Positions 58,862 through 64,000 of a stretch of 64,000 nucleotides of DNA are shown in pieces. Origin of the DNA: an uncultured Acidobacteriota bacterium (lineage in GTDB: Bacteria > Acidobacteriota > Vicinamibacteria > Vicinamibacterales > CAVVIG01); the NCBI GenBank assembly GCA_963807925.1, contig CAWEDP010000002.1, forward strand, positions 1,164,034 to 1,228,033, given 5' to 3'. The notes beneath the pieces were generated by a model. It worked only from the letters and a program-made list of their open reading frames with translations. It ran no database searches and had not been told where the DNA came from. Both the position numbers and the translations under genes were made by a program. How positions within the stretch are numbered: position 1 is the stretch's first letter; each line of letters begins with the position of its first letter.

Positions 58862-60037
58862 ATGCCGCGCACGATTCCCGTCATTCTCGCCGTGCTCTTG
58901 TCGGCCGGCCTCACAGGCGGCGCCGCTGATGCGCCCAACGGGCGCGCCGGGCATTTCGCCCCGCACGAGGTGGCGACCGGGCTTCGCGGGGGCTACCAGG
59001 TGGTCATCGCCGACCTGAATCGCGACGGCCGGCCGGATCTGCTGGCCGTCGCCTCGCAGCTCCCCGATCTGCTGTGGTTCGAGAATCCCATGTGGACCAG
59101 GCACGTCATTGCGGGCAGCTTCACCCAGATGATCAACGCCGCGCCGTACGACATCGATGGCGACGGCATTCCCGAGATTGCGCTGGCGCACGGGTTCTCG
59201 ATGAACCCGGCGACGAGCGCCGGCGTGATCACGCTGCTCACGCATCTGGGCGATCCGGCCAATCCCTGGATCGCCAAAGAGATCGACCGCCTGCCCACCA
59301 CGCACCGGATCCGGTGGGCCGATATCGACGGCAGCGGCCGGAAGGTGCTCGTCGATCAGCCGCTCCTCGGCCCAGGCGCGACGGCGCCGGATTATCACGG
59401 CCAGACGCCGCTCGTGATCTACCGTCCGGGCGGGTGGAAGCGCGAACAGATCGCGCAGACCGAGGGCCTCGTGCATGGGATCCTCATCGAGGACTTCACC
59501 CATCGCGGGCGCGACAGCATCCTCACCGCGGGCTTCGGCGGCGCCACGATCGACGAGTACAACGCCGGCTCGTGGATGCGCACCGTGCTGACGGCCGGGG
59601 ATCCCGAGCCGTGGCCCAAGAGCGGCGTCAGCGACATCGCCGTCGTGCATCTCGGCAGCCAGCGGCTGCTGGCGACCATCGAGCCGTGGCACGGCAACGA
59701 GGTCGCCGTCTACCGGATGGAGCACGGCGCCTGGACGCGCCACGTGATCGATCGCGAGATCACCGATGGTCACACGCTCGTCACCGGCGACCTCGACGGC
59801 AGCGGCCGCGACGCCATCGTTGTCGGCGAGCGCCAGGGCAAGCGGAGCGTGTACATCTATTCCGCGCGCGACGAGAACGGCGCCGACTGGACCAAAGACG
59901 TCCTCGACGATGGCGGCATGGCGGCCGCCGGATGCGCGACGGGCGACCTCAATGGGGACAAGCGGCTCGACATCGCGTGCATCGGGACCGCGACGGCCAA
60001 TCTGAAGTGGTACGAGAACGTGGCCGCGAGCCGTTGA
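58862..60037 (+). CDS. Secreted FG-GAP/VCBS-repeat (beta-propeller) protein
   Basis: ATG 58862. Signal MPRTIPVILAVLLSAGLTGGAA. Repeats ADLNRDGRPDLLAV, YDIDGDGIPEIAL, ADIDGSGRKVLV, TGDLDGSGRDAIVV, TGDLNGDKRLDIACIG. Confidence 0.8.
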   Translation: MPRTIPVILAVLLSAGLTGGAADAPNGRAGHFAPHEVATGLRGGYQVVIADLNRDGRPDLLAVASQLPDLLWFENPMWTRHVIAGSFTQMINAAPYDIDGDGIPEIALAHGFSMNPATSAGVITLLTHLGDPANPWIAKEIDRLPTTHRIRWADIDGSGRKVLVDQPLLGPGATAPDYHGQTPLVIYRPGGWKREQIAQTEGLVHGILIEDFTHRGRDSILTAGFGGATIDEYNAGSWMRTVLTAGDPEPWPKSGVSDIAVVHLGSQRLLATIEPWHGNEVAVYRMEHGAWTRHVIDREITDGHTLVTGDLDGSGRDAIVVGERQGKRSVYIYSARDENGADWTKDVLDDGGMAAAGCATGDLNGDKRLDIACIGTATANLKWYENVAASR

Positions 60038-60092
60038 CCGCCGGTCGTTGGTCGTCCATCGCGCGTGTTCGCGCGATGGACGCCCCGACTGA

Positions 60093-61296
60093 CTACGATC
60101 CGGTCGCCGCCGGCCAGTCCGGCAGCCGATCGGGCCTCGTCCAGAACTTCCAGGCGATCGCCAGCATCGCCGCTTCGACCGACAGCACGAACCCGACGCA
60201 CGCCGGCCAGCCGCCCCGGTCCCACAGCACCGCGGGCACGGTCCCGCCCACGCTTCCGCCCACGTCAGTACGCGGTCGCGTAGATGCCGACGGCGACCGC
60301 ACGATCGTGCTCCGCATGATGCGCGACGTGGCTGCTCGACGCCGCCTGCCCGAAGAACACGCCGGACGCGAACAGCGCCAGCCCGACGGCGACGACCGCC
60401 AGGATCGGCACCAGCGTCAGCAGCGATCCCGCCGCGCAGAAAGCGAGCGCGGCGACGAGCACGGCGCGATGCCCGTACACGTCGATCCGCGCGCCGGCAA
60501 ACGGCGTCGCGACGGCGCCGACCAGATAGGTCAGGAAGATCGAGCCGAGCGCTGCGGTCGACAGCGAGAACGGGGGCGCGGCGAGCCTGAACGGCACGTA
60601 GGTGAACATCGCCACCTGCGTGCACAGCATGCAGAAACCCACCGCGTCGGTGGCGACGAGCTTCGGATGGCGCAGGTGCGCGTGCCACGATCCGCGGGGA
60701 GACGCCGCCGCCAGCGCGCGGTACCGCTCGGCCGGCAGCGTCCGCCAGAGCACGCCGGCGGCTCCCACTCCCATCAGCGCGAGCACGACGAACGACGAGG
60801 ACCAGTCGATCTCGGCGGCCATGATGCCGGCGATCAATCGGCCGGTGACACCGCCGACCACGGTGCCGCTGACGTACGCCGCCGTCGCCCGCCCGGTCCG
60901 CGAGGGGGGCCACTCTTCGTGGATGTACGCAATCGTGACGGCGAAGAGTCCGGGCGTCAACGCGCCCTGAACGAAGCGCCACGCGATCAGCTGACGGAGG
61001 GTGGTGGCCGAAGCCGCGAGCATCGTGGCGCCGGCAAGCCCGAACGCGGAGCCTACGATGGTGCGCCGCCGTCCCACGCGATCCGCGAGCCGGCCGACGA
61101 GCGGCGCCGCAATCGCCACCGCAATGGTCGGAGCGGTGACGGTCAGGCTCACGGCGAAGCGGCTGGCTCCGAACAGGCGAGCCAGCATCGGGAGCAGCGG
61201 CTGCGTCGAGTAGAGATCGAGAAACGCGGAGAAGCCCGCGAGCATCACGGGGAAGGTGCGCGGCGCCGGCGCCCGGGCCCCTCCGACGTCGGACAC
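60093..61296 (-). pseudogene. MFS transporter interrupted by a 1-nt frameshift near 60265 (or a sequencing error)
   Basis: ORF 60265..61296 (VGRLADRVGRRR motif, about 10 TM segments) stops at ...GIYATAY*. The +1 frame continues (D)VGGSVGGTVPAVLWDRGGWPACVGFVLSVEAAMLAIAWKFW (ORF 60093..60317), supplying the last TM segments. About 400 aa if joined. Confidence 0.55.
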
Positions 61297-61318
61297 TAGC
61301 GGAGCTGCCCGCCCGGCT

Positions 61319-61546
61319 TCACGACGCGGGCTTGTCGCCGCTGTCGGGGACGGCGGCCTCCGCGGCGGCGAAGCCGGCTCGCGAATGGGTGCCGTCGCAG
61401 AACGGCTTGGTGGTGGACCCGCCGCACCGGCACAGCGCGAACGGGCGCTTCGGAATCTGATAGGCGTTGCCGTTCCAGTCCACGAGGGTCACGTCGTCGC
61501 CCTCGACCAGATAGGGCCCGTTCAGTCGAACCTTGATGTTCGCCAT
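61319..61546 (-). CDS. CDGSH-type iron-sulfur domain protein
   Basis: CRCGGSTTKPFCDGTH signature. 75 aa. Confidence 0.85.
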   Translation of the reverse strand: MANIKVRLNGPYLVEGDDVTLVDWNGNAYQIPKRPFALCRCGGSTTKPFCDGTHSRAGFAAAEAAVPDSGDKPAS

Positions 61547-61561
61547 CGGTCTCCTTTGTCG

Positions 61562-62968
61562 CTACCCCATTTTCTGCATCGATGCCAGGAAATCGCTGTT
61601 CGACCTGGTCTTGCCCATCTTGTCGAGCAGCAACTCCATCGCCTCGACCGGCGACAGCGGATTCAGCACCTTGCGCAGTACCCAGATGCGGTTGAGGTCC
61701 TCGCGCGCCAGGAGCAGTTCCTCCTTGCGCGTGCCGCTCTTGGTGATGTCGATCGACGGGAACACGCGCTTGTCGGTGAGCTTCCGGTCGAGGTGAATCT
61801 CCATGTTGCCGGTGCCCTTGAATTCCTCGAAGATCACGTCGTCCATCCGCGACCCGGTGTCGATGAGCGCGGTGGCCATGATGGTGAGCGATCCGCCCTC
61901 TTCGATGTTGCGCGCGGCGCCGAAGAACCGCTTCGGCTTCTGGAGCGCGTTCGAATCGAGGCCGCCCGACAGCACCTTGCCGGACGGCGGAATCACCGTG
62001 TTGTAGGCGCGCGCCAGGCGCGTGATCGAGTCGAGCAGGATGAGCACGTCCTTCTTGTGCTCCACGAGCCGCTTGGCTTTCTCGATCACCATCTCCGCCA
62101 CCTGGACGTGGCGTTGCGCCGGCTCGTCGAAGGTCGAGGAGATCACCTCGCCGTCGACCGAGCGCTGCATGTCGGTGACTTCTTCGGGCCGCTCGTCGAT
62201 GAGCAGCACGATCAGATAGACCTCCGGGTGGTTGGCCGACACCGACTGCGCGATGTTCTGCAGCAGCATCGTCTTGCCGGTGCGCGGCGGCGCCACGATC
62301 AGCCCGCGCTGGCCCTTTCCGATCGGCGTCATCAGATCCATCACGCGGGCCGCCAGGTTCTCCGCCGACGTCTCGAGCCGCAGCCGCTCCTGCGGGTAGA
62401 GCGGCGTCAGGTTCTCGAAGAACAGCTTCTCGCGCGCCTGCTCGGGCGCCTCGAAGTTCACCGCCTCGACCTTGATCAGCGCGAAGTAGCGCTCGCCCTC
62501 CTTGGGCGGACGAATCTGCCCCGACACGGTGTCGCCGGTCTGCAGATCGAACTTCCGGATCTGCGACGGCGAGACGTAGATGTCGTCCGGGCCCGGCAGG
62601 TAGTTGTAGTCGGGCGCGCGCAGGAAGCCGAACCCGTCCGGCAGCACTTCCAGCACGCCTTCCGAGAAGATGAATCCGCTCTGCTCGGTCTGCGCCTTCA
62701 GGATCTGGAAAATCAGCTCCTGCTTGCGCATGCCGGTCGCCCCGGCGACGTTCAGCTCCTTGGCGATCTGCGTGAGCTTCTGGATGCTCATGTCCTTCAG
62801 ATCGGTGATCCGAAGGCCTTCGGCGCGGCGGGGCGTCTCGACCTTGACCGGCGCGGCGGGGGCGGCGACGGCGGGGTCCGGCGGGGTCTCGACGGGCGCG
62901 CTGCGGTCGGGCGACGACGGTCCGTTGGCCGGCCGTGGCGGCCCCTGGCGCTTGTGATGTGTGGGCAT
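61562..62968 (-). CDS. rho: Transcription termination factor Rho (with ~50-aa Pro/Ala-rich N-terminal extension)
   Basis: Rho_N ([18 protein letters not shown]), the CSD-like RNA-binding domain, Walker A PPRTGKT, and C-terminal ...[15 protein letters not shown]. Confidence 0.95.
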   Translation of the reverse strand: MPTHHKRQGPPRPANGPSSPDRSAPVETPPDPAVAAPAAPVKVETPRRAEGLRITDLKDMSIQKLTQIAKELNVAGATGMRKQELIFQILKAQTEQSGFIFSEGVLEVLPDGFGFLRAPDYNYLPGPDDIYVSPSQIRKFDLQTGDTVSGQIRPPKEGERYFALIKVEAVNFEAPEQAREKLFFENLTPLYPQERLRLETSAENLAARVMDLMTPIGKGQRGLIVAPPRTGKTMLLQNIAQSVSANHPEVYLIVLLIDERPEEVTDMQRSVDGEVISSTFDEPAQRHVQVAEMVIEKAKRLVEHKKDVLILLDSITRLARAYNTVIPPSGKVLSGGLDSNALQKPKRFFGAARNIEEGGSLTIMATALIDTGSRMDDVIFEEFKGTGNMEIHLDRKLTDKRVFPSIDITKSGTRKEELLLAREDLNRIWVLRKVLNPLSPVEAMELLLDKMGKTRSNSDFLASMQKMG

Positions 62969-63027
62969 GGTGTTGGTTGGTGAGCTCGCGTGGTGAATCT
63001 CAGGATGTCAGAATGACATCGCCGTAC

Positions 63028-63411
63028 CTAGTATGCGTCGGGCGTCTCTCCGATGCCGATGATGCTGCACGCGACGATGGGCCGGATGTCGAGCGCGCGC
63101 GCCCGCGCGATCAACTGGTCGCTCTCGGCGCCCGGGTTCAGCCAGACTTCGGGAATGCCCTTCCGCGCGACCTCGTCGATCACCTGCTCGCCGATCTGCG
63201 GCGGCACGTAGAAGCTGGCCATGTCGATCGGGCCCTCGACGTCCAGTACGGATCGATAGGCCTTGATCCCTTCGATCTCGGCCGCATGCGGGTTGATCGG
63301 CACGACGGTGTAGCCCTGCCGCCGGAACGCGCGCACCGCCCGGTTCCCGAACTTGTGGCGATCGGTGGATGCCCCGATGATCGCCACCACTTTCGCCGTG
63401 CCTCCAGCCAC
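63028..63411 (-). CDS. CoA-binding domain protein (YccU/YneT-like)
   Basis: GTG start 63411. VVAIIGASTDRHKFGNRAVRAFRRQGYTVVPINPH...IPEVWLNPGAES. Confidence 0.8.
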   Translation of the reverse strand: MAGGTAKVVAIIGASTDRHKFGNRAVRAFRRQGYTVVPINPHAAEIEGIKAYRSVLDVEGPIDMASFYVPPQIGEQVIDEVARKGIPEVWLNPGAESDQLIARARALDIRPIVACSIIGIGETPDAY

Positions 63412-63434
63412 TGTCCGGTCCCCGCCGACCACTC

Positions 63435-64000
63435 TCAGCCGGCGACGACCGCGCGGGGCGCGTGGGCGCGAACGAACTCCACGAGACGGCGGCTGCCCTC
63501 CCGGAGATCGTCCAGCGAGGTCGCGTAGGAAATCCGGACGAAGCCGGGTGCGTCGAACGCCTCGCCGGGCGTCAGCGCCACCCGCGCCTCCTCGAGCAGC
63601 GCCTGCGCGAAATCGGCCGACGTGCGAAGGCCGTCGGGCGACAGCACGTCGCCGATGTCCACGAACATGTAGAACGCACCGGCCGGCCTGCCGCACCGAA
63701 TCCGGGAATCGGCCGTCAGCCAGCCGTGCAGCTGATCGCGGCGCCGGCGGTACTCGTCGAGCATCGCCGTCACGGGCGCCTGCGATCCGGTCAGGCCGGC
63801 CACCACCGCTTTCTGCGTGATGGAGTTGACGTTGGACGTCGAGTGGCTCTGCAGCGCGTTCTCGGCGGCAATCACGTCGGCGGGGCCGATGGCCCAGCCG
63901 CAGCGCCAGCCGGTCATCGCGTACGCTTTGGACGCGGACCCGCAGATGACCGACAGATCCCGGCAGTGACCTGTCGAGCACTGCCGGCAGATTGTGCGGC
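63435..64000 (-). CDS. Class I/II PLP-dependent aminotransferase (aspartate-aminotransferase-like), C-terminal part; 5' end outside the window
   Basis: The frame stays open to the window edge. PLP-lysine context SASKAYAMTGWRCGW. ...FVRISYATSLDDLREG. Confidence 0.8.
   Translation of the reverse strand, partial: RTICRQCSTGHCRDLSVICGSASKAYAMTGWRCGWAIGPADVIAAENALQSHSTSNVNSITQKAVVAGLTGSQAPVTAMLDEYRRRRDQLHGWLTADSRIRCGRPAGAFYMFVDIGDVLSPDGLRTSADFAQALLEEARVALTPGEAFDAPGFVRISYATSLDDLREGSRRLVEFVRAHAPRAVVAG

Noticed and set aside
57077-60037. 986-aa single ORF spanning the GT-C protein and the FG-GAP protein
   Set aside because: The middle section (about 58550-58860) translates to Arg/Ser/Gly-rich junk. 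A separate ATG 58862 with a signal peptide starts the FG-GAP protein. The GT-C C-terminus continues in other frames.

Overview
High-GC (~70% by eye) chromosomal window. The gene content looks like an Acidobacteriota-type soil bacterium, because of several carboxypeptidase-regulatory-like/TonB-dependent-receptor-like proteins; this taxonomy is inference only. I call about 54 protein genes and one tRNA. Most long ORFs in the six-frame track are antisense shadow ORFs typical of GC-rich DNA and were discarded.

Layout:
- 1-17.6 kb: a catabolic-looking locus. It holds two receptor genes, a SoxC-like molybdoenzyme with a c-type cytochrome and a G8/beta-helix protein, two paralogous Tat-exported Gfo/Idh/MocA oxidoreductases, and an MFS/quinone reductase/hydrolase operon. 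In its centre sits a TAXI-binding-protein/histidine-kinase/OmpR-type regulator operon.
- 17.7-30 kb: ClC channel, VIT1, USP, PLD-type phospholipid synthase, aldo-keto reductase, and a second receptor operon.
- 30.2-36.0 kb: a ~5.7-kb lower-GC island inserted in tRNA-Pro(CGG). It is bounded by a 46-nt perfect direct repeat of the tRNA 3' half. It carries a ParE-type TA pair, a 1061-aa PLD-nuclease/SF2-helicase/DUF3427 protein, a frameshifted YecA/SEC-C gene and a BrnTA pair. No integrase is present.
- 36-64 kb: housekeeping genes (surE, MFS, AmmeMemoRadiSam-type radical SAM, moaA, dctA, glycogen/trehalose enzymes, PBP1A, TerC, hspR-cbpA-clpB, ftsH, GT-C membrane protein, FG-GAP protein, CDGSH protein, rho, CoA-binding protein, partial aminotransferase).

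Most notable signals:
- A five-fold repeated promoter design, TGCGACA-N3-TGCGACA placed 21-22 nt upstream of a -10 hexamer. It ties five operons of the first locus into one predicted regulon of the embedded two-component system.
- The integrase-less tRNA-Pro island with its TA-flanked PLD-helicase-DUF3427 gene, a candidate single-gene defence module.

All family assignments come from motif recognition by eye. No database search was run.
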